The position numbers and the translations under genes were made by a program. Below, piece after piece: positions 16,626 through 26,301 of a stretch of DNA of 42,817 nt. The notes below the pieces were generated by a model. It was not told the DNA's origin. It did no database searches and saw only the letters and a list, made by a program, of their open reading frames with translations. Positions within the stretch are counted from its first letter, which is position 1. Every line of letters starts with the position of its first letter. This stretch comes from a virus (lineage: Duplodnaviria > Caudoviricetes). The stretch covers positions 1-42,817 of the IMG/VR virus record IMGVR_UViG_3300037474_000136; one strand, given 5' to 3'.

Positions 16626-18482
16626 CTACTGACCGATTTGGCCGGTTGCCCCAGCTGCTTGCCCGGTGGCGCCCTGCGGCGCACTCACGTCGTCCGAACC
16701 ACCGATGCGGCGAAGCTCGGACTCATAATCCGCGGCGGCTTGGCGGTCCACGGCGTAGATGGACATGCGCCTGCGCGCCTGGATGGCGCTGATGAACCTG
16801 ATACCCTTGTCCACCTGCTCCGGCGGGCTGCTCGGACGCAGCATAAAGATGGCGTCTCGGATGGCGGTGCGGTCCCCCTCGGTTTCCGTACCGCGGTTGA
16901 GCATACGTACACCGAGCTGCACCATGGCGTTGACGGCCTGGGCCCGCTCGACCTCCTCCGGCGCAAACTTGCTGATGCTGTAGTTGACCCCGGCGCGCGC
17001 GGCGTCGTCGGCCAACCCGAGCAAGGGTCCGATGAGGGGGAGCTTAGCCAACGCCGTCAGCGAGCCGTCGCCCTGCCCGTACGCCACGGCCAAGCGCGCG
17101 GCACTACTGGGCGCGCTGCCGCCCAGCTCCCGGTAGCGCTTCTGAAGGGCCCCCCATTCGTTGACGCCCGACGCCTGAATCTTTTCGGCAATGAACTTGC
17201 GGGCCTCGAACGAACTCTTGGGCTGCCCGCCCACGCCCTCCAGCTTGTCGACCTCGGCGCCGAGCTTACGGTTCTCCAGCACGGACTTGACGTACTGCTG
17301 GTATTCCTTGGCGATGTCCGCGGGGGACTTGCGGCCCGCCGCGGCGCGCTTCTGTGCCAGGAGCAGCTGCTGGTTGGCCGCCGCCTCGCCCGCACGCGCG
17401 ATTTCCGCGTCCATGCCCGTGATAGTCTGCTTCGCCGCGAGCTGCGCATCCTGGCCGCCGCTGATGGCCGCCTGGCGCTGCACGTCGAGCTTCAGGCCCT
17501 CGAGCAACCCCGCCTTGGTGGCCGCGAGCGCGGACGTGTCGTCCTGCATCAGGTCCATGTTGCGCGCCAGGAGCCGGTCGAGGTGGTCGAGGTGCGCCTG
17601 CTTGCCGCGTAGGCGCTCCGCCCGCTCGCGCAGGTCCGCGTCGATGCGCGCGTTGAGCACCTGCAGGCCCGGGTTCACCCCGGATTTCGTGAGGCCCGCG
17701 CTGAGCGCGCCGAGTGCGATGGAGATGGCCGCGCCGAACTTCGCGCCACCGGAGCCCAGCGACTGCGCCAGCGAGCCCTCGCTCGCCGTGCGCTTGAAGT
17801 CCTCCGCCGCCGCGCGCGACTCGTCCATGGTGCGCCGCGCCTCGGCCCGGTGCTGCTCGAACCGGACCTTCCAGTCGGTGTCCGCGGCCTTCAGCTCGCC
17901 GATGACACCCGCGATGGTCGAGCCCTGGAGCTTGCCGGCCTCGGCCGTCGCGTCGGCACGCGCCGTGATGGCGCCCTGCTGCGCTTGCGTGGCCGCGACC
18001 GCGTCCTGGTGCGCCGCACCGGCGCCGTAGGCCGCCGCGCGCACGGACATGCCGCCACCACCGCCACCCTTGCGCGACGCCGCCGTGTACTCGGCCAGCG
18101 TGGGGATGCCGGAGTCCTGGGCCGACGCTGCGGGGGACGCTGCCGTCGGGGCGGAAATGGTGGGGGGTGCCTCGGGGGTAGCCCGAACCTCGGCCGGCGG
18201 GATGTTCGCCCACACCGGCGTCTGCTGGTCCGGCACCTCGAGCGGCACGCCTGCGCCCGGCACGACGGTCGGCGCGCTAGGCTGCGCGGCCGGCCCCTTG
18301 GGGGCCACCGCAGCCGACTTCTGCTGGATGTCGGAGTTGAATCCCGCGCGGACCATGGCGGTGTATGCCTGGTCGCGCTGCGCCTCGAGCTGTGCCTTCG
18401 CCTCGGGGTCGGGTTCGCTGCGCGCCGCGACGTCAAGCGCCTGGTAGCTGGCGCGGAGTTCGTTCAGGTTGGGAGTCGCCAT
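16626..18482 (-). CDS. Putative internal virion/ejection protein (618 aa)
   Basis: Pro/Ala N-terminus, coiled coils, and a central AISIALGALSAG..NPGL segment. Confidence 0.65.
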   Translation of the reverse strand: MATPNLNELRASYQALDVAARSEPDPEAKAQLEAQRDQAYTAMVRAGFNSDIQQKSAAVAPKGPAAQPSAPTVVPGAGVPLEVPDQQTPVWANIPPAEVRATPEAPPTISAPTAASPAASAQDSGIPTLAEYTAASRKGGGGGGMSVRAAAYGAGAAHQDAVAATQAQQGAITARADATAEAGKLQGSTIAGVIGELKAADTDWKVRFEQHRAEARRTMDESRAAAEDFKRTASEGSLAQSLGSGGAKFGAAISIALGALSAGLTKSGVNPGLQVLNARIDADLRERAERLRGKQAHLDHLDRLLARNMDLMQDDTSALAATKAGLLEGLKLDVQRQAAISGGQDAQLAAKQTITGMDAEIARAGEAAANQQLLLAQKRAAAGRKSPADIAKEYQQYVKSVLENRKLGAEVDKLEGVGGQPKSSFEARKFIAEKIQASGVNEWGALQKRYRELGGSAPSSAARLAVAYGQGDGSLTALAKLPLIGPLLGLADDAARAGVNYSISKFAPEEVERAQAVNAMVQLGVRMLNRGTETEGDRTAIRDAIFMLRPSSPPEQVDKGIRFISAIQARRRMSIYAVDRQAAADYESELRRIGGSDDVSAPQGATGQAAGATGQIGQ

Positions 18483-18485
18483 GGC

Positions 18486-19751
18486 CTAGATGCCCCAGTA
18501 CGCGTCGGATGCCGGGTTGCTCGGGTTGGTGTTGGTGCCGAAGCCGTTGCTGAAGCCCGCGGCCGAGGCTTGCGCGCCGGGCGCCTTCGGTGCGCCAATC
18601 ATGGCGGACCCGAACGCGCTGGCGCCGCCGAGGACGTTGCCGACCATCTGGGCCCAGAACTGCTGTGTCGCCTGTTCCTTCTGCGCGCGGAGCTGGTCAC
18701 GCCCAAGTTCGAGGTTGCCCTGCCCGAGGTCGTACTGCGCGCTGAGGCCGGCCTTCTGCAGCAGCGCCTGTAGGTTGGTTGACTGGGCGTTGAGGTCGGT
18801 CTGCAGCAACGACAGCGCCGTGCCGGTGGCCGCCTGGCGCTTCTGCTCCTCGAGCACCGCGTTGGCCTGCACGAGGCCCGCGACCTGCGCGGCCGTGGCG
18901 GAGTCCATGCCCCGTACCTGTGCGCTGATGTCCGCGATGTTGGCGGCGCGGTCGACGTCACCCGCACGCGACTGCGCCAGCGTGGTGCCGAGCAAGCCCT
19001 GCGCCTGCGCCTGCTCCTGCATGCGGAGCGCGGACGCCGTGTCGCGCGACTCGCTCATGGTCTGGTTGCCGAGCAGGCCCGCGTTCCTGGAGGCGGCTGC
19101 GGCACTTCCCCCTCGGATGCCCGCCGCCGACGCCTGCTGCGCCGCAATCTGCTGCCCTAGTGCCCGCCGGAACAGCATCTCCGCCGCACCCATCGTCTGG
19201 CCGCTCGCGAGGCCCTGCAGCTGGCTGATGAGGCCCTGCTGTTGCTGCGCCTCCTGCTCGCCCGCCGTCTGCATGCCGGTGAGCGCGTCCATCTGGAGCT
19301 GTCGCCCCGCGGCGCCGGAGTTCTGTAGGTCGGTGATGGCCTGCTGGACCGGGTCCGGTCCCGTGGGCGCGAGCGATACGGTGCTGTTGGCGTCGCGCGG
19401 GTTACCGGGCAATCCCGCCGCTCGACGCACCATTTCCGTGCTGCCCGTGCCCGCTTCCGGCGCCGCCACCTGCGGCAGCTCGGTCGCCGCGGGGGACGTC
19501 AGGGACGCCTTCCACGCGCGCGCCGCCGCGCCACGCGGGCGACCCGCGGCCACCCACTGGTTGTAGCCCTGCTCCTCGCTGAGCCCGAGGTTCTTGAGCA
19601 CGCCGCCGATGTCGGACGACACCGAACCCCACGCCCCGAGGTCGTCATCCGGCGCTTGCCAGGACGCGTTGACGGGGCCGGCGCTGGGCGCGGGCGTGGT
19701 GCCCTGGTTGCGGGGTTGGCCGGTGAAGGGGTCGGTTCCGTACGTTGCCAT
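18486..19751 (-). CDS. Putative DNA pilot/ejection protein (421 aa)
   Basis: Gln/Ala-rich helices with a C-terminal Gly-rich hydrophobic segment. Confidence 0.65.
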   Translation of the reverse strand: MATYGTDPFTGQPRNQGTTPAPSAGPVNASWQAPDDDLGAWGSVSSDIGGVLKNLGLSEEQGYNQWVAAGRPRGAAARAWKASLTSPAATELPQVAAPEAGTGSTEMVRRAAGLPGNPRDANSTVSLAPTGPDPVQQAITDLQNSGAAGRQLQMDALTGMQTAGEQEAQQQQGLISQLQGLASGQTMGAAEMLFRRALGQQIAAQQASAAGIRGGSAAAASRNAGLLGNQTMSESRDTASALRMQEQAQAQGLLGTTLAQSRAGDVDRAANIADISAQVRGMDSATAAQVAGLVQANAVLEEQKRQAATGTALSLLQTDLNAQSTNLQALLQKAGLSAQYDLGQGNLELGRDQLRAQKEQATQQFWAQMVGNVLGGASAFGSAMIGAPKAPGAQASAAGFSNGFGTNTNPSNPASDAYWGI

Positions 19752-19757
19752 GGGGTC

Positions 19758-20159
19758 CTAGGCGGGCATGCCGTGCGCGGTGCGCGCGAGGGTGAGCGGG
19801 TCGGCCGAGGCCATGCCGGCTCGGTCGCCCATCAGCTGCTGGCGCTGCTGCCACCAGCGATACATCGTTTCCTTGTTTCCGCCCCGCATGCTGCCGTGCT
19901 CGTTCCACCACTGCTCGAACGCGGGGTTGCCGCTGTCGAACCCGGGGGTCGCGTGCGGACTGACCGTCCCGGCGTCGCCGCCCACGGCCGGCCCGGCCCC
20001 GATGTCGAACTTGTCGGGCGCGACCTTCGGGACGTCCGCCATGCCCTGGCGGCGCAGGTCGCCGAACCCGGTCTGCGCGGTCGCGGCCGGCGCGGGCTCA
20101 GGCTGCCCGAAGCCCAGGATGGTCCGAACCAGGTTCGTCAAATCCGCAGTGAAGTCCAT
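19758..20159 (-). CDS. Hypothetical virion-associated protein (133 aa)
   Basis: ATG (MDFTADL) 7 nt after the upstream stop. Confidence 0.55.
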   Translation of the reverse strand: MDFTADLTNLVRTILGFGQPEPAPAATAQTGFGDLRRQGMADVPKVAPDKFDIGAGPAVGGDAGTVSPHATPGFDSGNPAFEQWWNEHGSMRGGNKETMYRWWQQRQQLMGDRAGMASADPLTLARTAHGMPA

Positions 20160-20166
20160 GGTTTTG

Positions 20167-23100
20167 TTACGAACCTTCGAAGGTGTTGCCGCGGGTGGCG
20201 GGCTGGCCGCGCATGCCGAAATCCCACCCAACCGTATGCAGGACGGGCCCCCGGACGTTCGGGCCACCGGCCACCGGTTCGAGCAGGTCGAGCTGGAGGC
20301 GCACGCCCGCGCCGCGCTGGTCGCGCAGGCGCCCGCGTACGTAGAGCTGCCGGTCGTCCTCGAGCAGCTGAGTAGACGTCCAGGTGAAGGTGCCGCGCAG
20401 GAAGTCCTCGCCACCGTCGTCATCGTCCGGGCTGCCGGCTACGTCGAGCACGTAGACCTTCGCCTGCAGTCCGCCGACGCCCGCCGTGCCGAACACGTGG
20501 AACTTCCAGAACCGGCAGTCGCCCATGTGCCCGTCCGGCTTGAACCAGCGGGTGCGGACGGAAACGGGAATGAAGTAGGCCCCCTGGTCCTGGTAGGTCG
20601 ACGTGTCGTACCGCAGGAGCTTCGACGTCGTGAGGCCCGCCTGGATGAGCAGGTAGACCGTGCCGTCCGCATTCACCATGTCCCGGATGTCGGGCTTGGT
20701 CCCGCTGTACTGCACTTCCCAGGTCGACCAACGTAGCTGTCCGCGGGCGTAGCTGAACACGACGAGGGCGTTGTTGGCCAGGCTGTCGGAGGTGGACATG
20801 AGGAACCACACCTCCTCGCGCTGCGGCACGTGCATGCTGCGCCGCACCACGAGCGTCCCGGGCGCCGTATTGGCCATGGCGGGCACGTCTACCGCGCCGC
20901 CGGGCGTGAGCATGCGGAACCCGTTGGAGCCGTGCACCAGGACGCCGAGCGGCGTGCTGCACGCGGCCTCCGCGCTGCTGGCGCCGCAGTCCGTGGCGAG
21001 CCGCTCCGGGAGCCCGAACGTGCCCGCGCCCAGCGCGTCCGGCCCGCCGTGGGTGCTGACGGCCCACGCCTCGCGTTTGGTGAACATCACGAGCAGGTCG
21101 CCCATGCCCGCGAGCGCCACGGGCGCGGACTCCGACGCCTCGAGCCGGAACGACAGCACGCCGTTGAACTCCGCGGCGAACCCCTCGACCACCTCCTTGC
21201 TGTGGACGATGGTGCGCGGGTTGATGGCGTGGATGCCGAACAGGCGGTTGCCCACGGCCGTAAGCGCCTTCATCGGGGGCGGCGCCTCGTTGGCCAGCAC
21301 GGACCCGGTGGTGTACAGGGTTTTGTTGCTGGTGATGCCGCTGTCGGGAAGCGTGCTCACGAGCGACGTCGCCGTCAGCTCCGTGAGTGAGACGGTCTGT
21401 TCGAGGTAGAGCGTGCTGCCGTTGCCCTCGCTGCGATACACCTCGAGCCGGGGCGTGCGAAAGCCCATCGTGCGGATGTTGAGGGCGGACGGAAACAGCT
21501 GCTCGGCCGACCAGTCGAGCGTGACCTTGCAGTTCGAGCCCGTCAGGGTAACGGTGACGCTAGGCGTCGGGGCGCTGCGGTGGACCAACCCCTTTCCGTC
21601 CTCCCACACGAGCACGAAGCTGTAGGTGTAGGCGCCGAGCAGGTCGAGGAATCCGCCGGTCGTCTGGGCCGTCGTGGGCGCGGGCGGGGGGTAGAGCGGC
21701 ACCGCTTCGCCGAGCATGCCGCCGTCGTAGAACCGCAGGATGTTGCCGCCGATGTACGTCAGGTCGCCCAGCGTCGCGCGCGGTAGCGGGCGGTGCGCGT
21801 TGGTCACCGTGTTGAACGTGTACCGCAGCACGCGGATGCCGTAGAGCAGCGAGCCCTGGGTCGGGGCCTCCTCCAGCTCGAGCAGGGCGACGTAGTAGTA
21901 GTTGCCCAGCTTCGTCACCTGCGACGTCATGAAGTACGTGTAGATGAGGTTGCTGCCGGCGCCCTGGTAGGCGGCGTCCACGAGCGCGTTGGCGGCGAGC
22001 AGCGGCACGCCCGACCCGAGCGCGGTCGCGTTGAAGTTGGGCCCGAGCGGCAGCGTGAGCAGGCAGCTGTTCGGGGTGGACGTGCGCGCCGACTGCGTCG
22101 CGGGCGTGTCGGACCAGCGCGCGACCAGCAGCATCGGGGTCGTGTTCGTGTTGACTCCGCTGTCGTCGTCGGGCGTGACCATCATCGGGTCCGCGTGCAG
22201 CACCATGTTGTCGAGGGCCTGGGTCGTGGCGACCGCGATGGCGCTCGGCACGGAGACGCCCTGGGTGTAGGTCACGCTCGCGTACACGACGTGCGGCAGG
22301 TGGCCGGCCGAGGCGCTGTCCCACGTGCCGACCGCGACCAGGTTGGTGCCGGTCGTGCCCATGTCGGCGATGTGGATGTTGCGCCACCGCGCGCTGCCGT
22401 CCGCGGTCGTGAGGACCGTAGTGGCCGTCGCCACCGTGGGGGAGCCGGGAAGGGTGGCCAGCAGGGCCGTCAGTTTGACGGCCGCGACCGTCGACTGCCC
22501 GTACAGCACCCACAGCAGGGTCGTGTGCTGTGACCCCTGACAGATGCTGACCTGGTCGTCCCCGGTGTTGGCGGAAATGAAGGTGCCTGCCGTGATGGCG
22601 CCCGATGCGTCGAGCTTCTTCAGGAACGTGACGGTCAGCCCACCTCCGGACTCAATCCAGCCGACGAACGTGGACGTGCCGTCGTTACAGGGCGCAATGC
22701 TGTAATCGCTCTGCACGGTGCCGGTGCCGGCGTCGAGGAAGGCCGGGACGCTGAACGTGCCCGCCCCGCCCGCGTTCCACGTGAGCACCTTCGGCCGCCA
22801 GCTGCCGGACGACAGGAACTGGAAGAAGATGAGGGCCACGCTGCCGCGGAACAGCACGCGCGGACGCCGACCCGTGAACACCGTGCCGGCAATCTTGGCG
22901 CCGGTCGCTACCTCGAACACGGAGACGGTGAACTCGTCGCTGCTGTCGTTGACGGTCGACACCAACGCCTGGCCAACCACCACCACCACATCCACGCCGT
23001 TGACCGTGCCGACCCCGACCGATGCGTTGCGGAACCCGCGGCCGTCGCGCACCTGCGCCACCGATTCCACATGCCCGCTAGCCACCGACTGCTTCTGCGC

Positions 23101-23397
23101 GTAGATAGTGTCGTAGGCGGACTCGTCGCCGTACAAACTGGCGCCGAACGGCATGGTGTCGAGCTTCCGCATGGCCGTGAGCGCACCGCCGTTGGCTACC
23201 AGGGTGTGCCCGATGTCGGCCCCACCGATGCCGACCGTGCCGCTCGTTGGCGCGGCGAACCCGTTGCGCTTGGTGATGCCACCCTCACGGCGGAACTCGC
23301 CGTTGACGAGCCGGTCCACCCGGCCCATCCCTACCAGGCCCTCCGCGGACTCGTCCACACCGTCGTTGAAAATCTGCTCTACGTACTTGGGCTGCAT
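20167..23397 (-). CDS. Tail nozzle/tail tubular protein B-like (about 1076 aa)
   Basis: N-terminal F.DGVDE...NG.F...G.ITKRNG, beta-propeller-like composition, C-terminal TRWFK; podovirus gene order. Confidence 0.7.
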   Translation of the reverse strand: MQPKYVEQIFNDGVDESAEGLVGMGRVDRLVNGEFRREGGITKRNGFAAPTSGTVGIGGADIGHTLVANGGALTAMRKLDTMPFGASLYGDESAYDTIYAQKQSVASGHVESVAQVRDGRGFRNASVGVGTVNGVDVVVVVGQALVSTVNDSSDEFTVSVFEVATGAKIAGTVFTGRRPRVLFRGSVALIFFQFLSSGSWRPKVLTWNAGGAGTFSVPAFLDAGTGTVQSDYSIAPCNDGTSTFVGWIESGGGLTVTFLKKLDASGAITAGTFISANTGDDQVSICQGSQHTTLLWVLYGQSTVAAVKLTALLATLPGSPTVATATTVLTTADGSARWRNIHIADMGTTGTNLVAVGTWDSASAGHLPHVVYASVTYTQGVSVPSAIAVATTQALDNMVLHADPMMVTPDDDSGVNTNTTPMLLVARWSDTPATQSARTSTPNSCLLTLPLGPNFNATALGSGVPLLAANALVDAAYQGAGSNLIYTYFMTSQVTKLGNYYYVALLELEEAPTQGSLLYGIRVLRYTFNTVTNAHRPLPRATLGDLTYIGGNILRFYDGGMLGEAVPLYPPPAPTTAQTTGGFLDLLGAYTYSFVLVWEDGKGLVHRSAPTPSVTVTLTGSNCKVTLDWSAEQLFPSALNIRTMGFRTPRLEVYRSEGNGSTLYLEQTVSLTELTATSLVSTLPDSGITSNKTLYTTGSVLANEAPPPMKALTAVGNRLFGIHAINPRTIVHSKEVVEGFAAEFNGVLSFRLEASESAPVALAGMGDLLVMFTKREAWAVSTHGGPDALGAGTFGLPERLATDCGASSAEAACSTPLGVLVHGSNGFRMLTPGGAVDVPAMANTAPGTLVVRRSMHVPQREEVWFLMSTSDSLANNALVVFSYARGQLRWSTWEVQYSGTKPDIRDMVNADGTVYLLIQAGLTTSKLLRYDTSTYQDQGAYFIPVSVRTRWFKPDGHMGDCRFWKFHVFGTAGVGGLQAKVYVLDVAGSPDDDDGGEDFLRGTFTWTSTQLLEDDRQLYVRGRLRDQRGAGVRLQLDLLEPVAGGPNVRGPVLHTVGWDFGMRGQPATRGNTFEGS

Positions 23398-23401
23398 GGG
23401 G

Positions 23402-23860
23402 TTACGTCCGGGGAATGAAGGCCAGCACCTCCACGAAATCGACTTGCAGCTTGAACGTGGCGTTGGCGAACCCACCCACGCGCGAGGCCGCTGTTTCCTG
23501 GGAAATGACTAGATACTTCGGGACGCCATTGGCCGCGGTTGCGTCTTGGTACACCGCAACGTAGTACCCACCGTTGGTGGCGTTGGCACAACAAGTTAGC
23601 GGGCGCTGGTACCCGTTCGTTGGTGTAATGCTGCCGCGTACTGCGATGGGGGTAAGCCCGGTGGAGATGTTTCGGTGTTCGTAGAGCTTGATGTGTACGT
23701 TGTTCGCCGCGGGCAGCTGCCCGGCCACCTCGACACGCCACACGTCATACCCGAAGAACCGGTAGCCAGCCGGGAACTTAGACGCCGGCACCAACGCAGC
23801 GGTCTGCGTTATGCCCGTCGTTCCCGGGTAGTACTGCTTGGGTGGGTGTGACAGTTGCAT
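23402..23860 (-). CDS. Putative tail fibre/receptor-binding accessory protein (152 aa)
   Basis: ATG (MQLSHPP) 2 nt after the upstream stop; beta-rich; codon usage less GC-rich. Confidence 0.55.
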   Translation of the reverse strand: MQLSHPPKQYYPGTTGITQTAALVPASKFPAGYRFFGYDVWRVEVAGQLPAANNVHIKLYEHRNISTGLTPIAVRGSITPTNGYQRPLTCCANATNGGYYVAVYQDATAANGVPKYLVISQETAASRVGGFANATFKLQVDFVEVLAFIPRT

Positions 23861-23862
23861 GG

Positions 23863-24231
23863 TTACTGCCTGCAGCGCGCGTAGTAGATGTAGACTTGCC
23901 CCGCTAGAGGGTCCACAGCTCCACCACGGAACCTCAGTTGACCCGAGGCGTTGATGTGGAACCCCTTGGTCGCGGTGGTGATGTTGAAGGTTTGTCCACA
24001 CCACACCTTGTTCACGGCACCGATTTGTAGCCACCCCACCACGTGGATGATGCGGTACACCACGTTGGTGCTGGGCAATATCGTGGCGGGTTCGCGGAAC
24101 GTGTAGATGGTGGTGCCGTCCGCCAGCGTGCTCGAGGTCGTGTACCGAATGCAGTACACCGGGGCCCCACGCCACGTGTACGGCATTCGCACGGGAAACA
24201 GGTCACGGTCCACGTTGACGGCGGGGAACAC
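23863..24231 (-). CDS. Putative tail fibre tip-like protein (122 aa)
   Basis: GAGG RBS then GTG at 24231; WRGAPVY motif resembles FFGKPVYR of the neighbour. Confidence 0.5.
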   Translation of the reverse strand: MFPAVNVDRDLFPVRMPYTWRGAPVYCIRYTTSSTLADGTTIYTFREPATILPSTNVVYRIIHVVGWLQIGAVNKVWCGQTFNITTATKGFHINASGQLRFRGGAVDPLAGQVYIYYARCRQ

Positions 24232-24233
24232 GA

Positions 24234-24677
24234 CTACCTCGTCCAAAACACGACCAACTCAAGGTTGGCATCGGGAAACGGCAGGCCCTCACTAGACCCG
24301 CCAAACTCGAGGATTGACCCCGACACAACCTCGAGCACGCCGGTGTCTGGTTTGCACCGCAGTCGAACACCCGAGGCGCCGTTAGTTCCGGCGTTGATGA
24401 ACGCGTGGGCGTGCAGGGTGCCCTGGACCGCGCCGGTTACCAACACCGAAGTTTCACAGCCCCACACGTCGACTAGGTCCGTAAGTCCAGCCCACGGCAC
24501 GCTTACCGTGTTGATAGAGCTATCAGTACGTACCTGCAGAAACGTCCGGTACACCGGTTTTCCGAAGAAGTAGTAGCCGGCGGGCTCGTCCGGACCTTTG
24601 TAGTAGTCCCCCACGTTGGGTAGCGTTGGGATACGCCACCCCGTACACAGCTCAGTAGTTTCGCCCGGCGGGTGCAT
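24234..24677 (-). CDS. Putative tail fibre tip-like protein (147 aa)
   Basis: GKPVYRT motif as seen in small phage fibre C-terminal domains. Confidence 0.5.
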   Translation of the reverse strand: MHPPGETTELCTGWRIPTLPNVGDYYKGPDEPAGYYFFGKPVYRTFLQVRTDSSINTVSVPWAGLTDLVDVWGCETSVLVTGAVQGTLHAHAFINAGTNGASGVRLRCKPDTGVLEVVSGSILEFGGSSEGLPFPDANLELVVFWTR

Positions 24678-24678
24678 C

Positions 24679-25098
24679 TTAGTAATCCATGCCCGTCACG
24701 GTGACGTACCAGCCGGACGCTACGGCCGTGCCGCACACCACACCGATGCGGTACCCGGCCGGAACCGCAAACCCTACTGCCAGCTCCTGTAGCGCCGTTG
24801 CAGCGTTGGCCGACGCGGTGGTGGCCGGGAGCGTAATCTCGTCCAGCAGGATATTGTTGGCCGCCGTGGTGAAGGCGGAACCGTTGTTGAGGAAGATGCG
24901 GCACACCGTCTGGATATTGGTGCCGGCCGCACGAAACCGGATGCGCTCGATGTATGCACCGTTGCTGCCCGCCGTGAACGCGGCCACGGTGTTGGCGGAG
25001 TTGCCGTCGTACACGTTGCCGGCGGAAAGGCCGGTCAGTACGTTGAGCGGTCCAACGTTGGGGGTTAGCCCGAAGATGGGTTTGACGTTCGCTGCCAT
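24679..25098 (-). CDS. Putative virion structural protein (139 aa)
   Basis: MAANxxPIF...FTAGSNGA.I..IR...L.DEI.LP...G.DY; beta-rich. Confidence 0.6.
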   Translation of the reverse strand: MAANVKPIFGLTPNVGPLNVLTGLSAGNVYDGNSANTVAAFTAGSNGAYIERIRFRAAGTNIQTVCRIFLNNGSAFTTAANNILLDEITLPATTASANAATALQELAVGFAVPAGYRIGVVCGTAVASGWYVTVTGMDY

Positions 25099-25101
25099 GT
25101 G

Positions 25102-25620
25102 CTACCTCGGCCAGCCCTGAATCGACACCGCCGCCAGGAATCCCAGGTACTGGTCCTCCAGGGCCTGCCCGTGGGTGTGGTCGCTGCGGGCGAAGGAGGT
25201 CGCGACGCCCTCCGCCGCTACATCGCCGGGCACGATGCTACCCGGCGCGGCGGCGACGATGCTGTGCTTGTGGTCCGCTCGGGCGAAGCTCGTGGAGACG
25301 CCCTCAGCGGCGGCGTCGTCCGGTTCGATGGCCCCGGGCGCTGCCGCTGCGATGGCGTGGCGGTGGTCGCTGCGCGCGGCCGTGGCCGCTACGCCCGCCG
25401 AGGCAGAGTCGTCTGGCTGGATGGTGCCGGGGGTCCCGAACGACACCGCGTTGGCCAGCAGATAGTCCAACGCGTCGGCGACGCTGGCGCCGCTGACGCC
25501 GCTGTCGTTCTCGACCTGGCTTGCGCGCCCGCCGCCGACCTCAACGAGGAGCAGGTCACGGAACAGCCGCTCGACTTCCGGCGTGCGGTACAGGCGGTGG
25601 GGAAGGTCCATGCCCGCCAC
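25102..25620 (-). CDS. Short tail fibre protein with three ARxDHxH repeats
   Basis: Three ~31-aa repeats (PGxIxPxD.A.xGV..S.ARxDHxH). Confidence 0.65.
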   Translation of the reverse strand: MAGMDLPHRLYRTPEVERLFRDLLLVEVGGGRASQVENDSGVSGASVADALDYLLANAVSFGTPGTIQPDDSASAGVAATAARSDHRHAIAAAAPGAIEPDDAAAEGVSTSFARADHKHSIVAAAPGSIVPGDVAAEGVATSFARSDHTHGQALEDQYLGFLAAVSIQGWPR

Positions 25621-26301
25621 CTACGAGTTGTAGAAGGACTCGCTGCAGTCGTCGCGCAGGTCCGCCACGACCACCGGGTCCCGCACGATGCGCGCGGCGT
25701 TACTGCGCACACGCTGCTCGGCTTGTGCCAGCTTCAGCAGGGCGGACTTGTTGTCCTCCTCCTGCTTCTCGCGGCAGTAGCGCACACCCCACGCCACGAC
25801 AAAGTCGTCACAGCCGTTGATGGCGTCGAAGCTGCCGTTGGACGCCAACGCGCTGGGGGTCGGGATGTACCAGAGGGTCACGCTGTCGGCCGGGGCCGCG
25901 CTCGCAGGCTCCCACACCACCGCGCCGTTCTGGATGCGGTAGCTCGGCACGTCGTACCCCGCGGCCATCAGCCACGCGGACCGGCGGTTGCGCTCGGCGA
26001 AGCTGAACCGGCGCGCGGTCAGCGCCTGGCCGGTACCCCAGAAGTTCGGGAAGTCCACGCCCAGGGCTTGGTAGAAGCCGGCGGGCAGGGTGAAGCTCGG
26101 AGCCGCCAGGGTCGCGCTCGTGGCGAACCGCTCGACGCCGCCCTCGGCCGCCAGGATATCGTACAGCGCGCGATAGCCGTCGTTGATGACGCTGACCAGC
26201 TCGGCGTCCGTGATGACGCTGTTAGCTTGGTCCGCCGTCTCCTGGTCCGCCTGTTGCCGAATCTTCGTGATGGTGTCGGCTACGGTAACGGACTGGCTCA
26301 C
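25621..26301 (-). CDS. Head-tail adaptor (tail tubular protein A-like)
   Basis: T...I...IRQ.AD...ITD.EL...IN.G...LY...LP..FY...V...Y.I...P...V.LWYIP; GAGG RBS. Confidence 0.7.
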   Translation of the reverse strand: MSQSVTVADTITKIRQQADQETADQANSVITDAELVSVINDGYRALYDILAAEGGVERFATSATLAAPSFTLPAGFYQALGVDFPNFWGTGQALTARRFSFAERNRRSAWLMAAGYDVPSYRIQNGAVVWEPASAAPADSVTLWYIPTPSALASNGSFDAINGCDDFVVAWGVRYCREKQEEDNKSALLKLAQAEQRVRSNAARIVRDPVVVADLRDDCSESFYNS

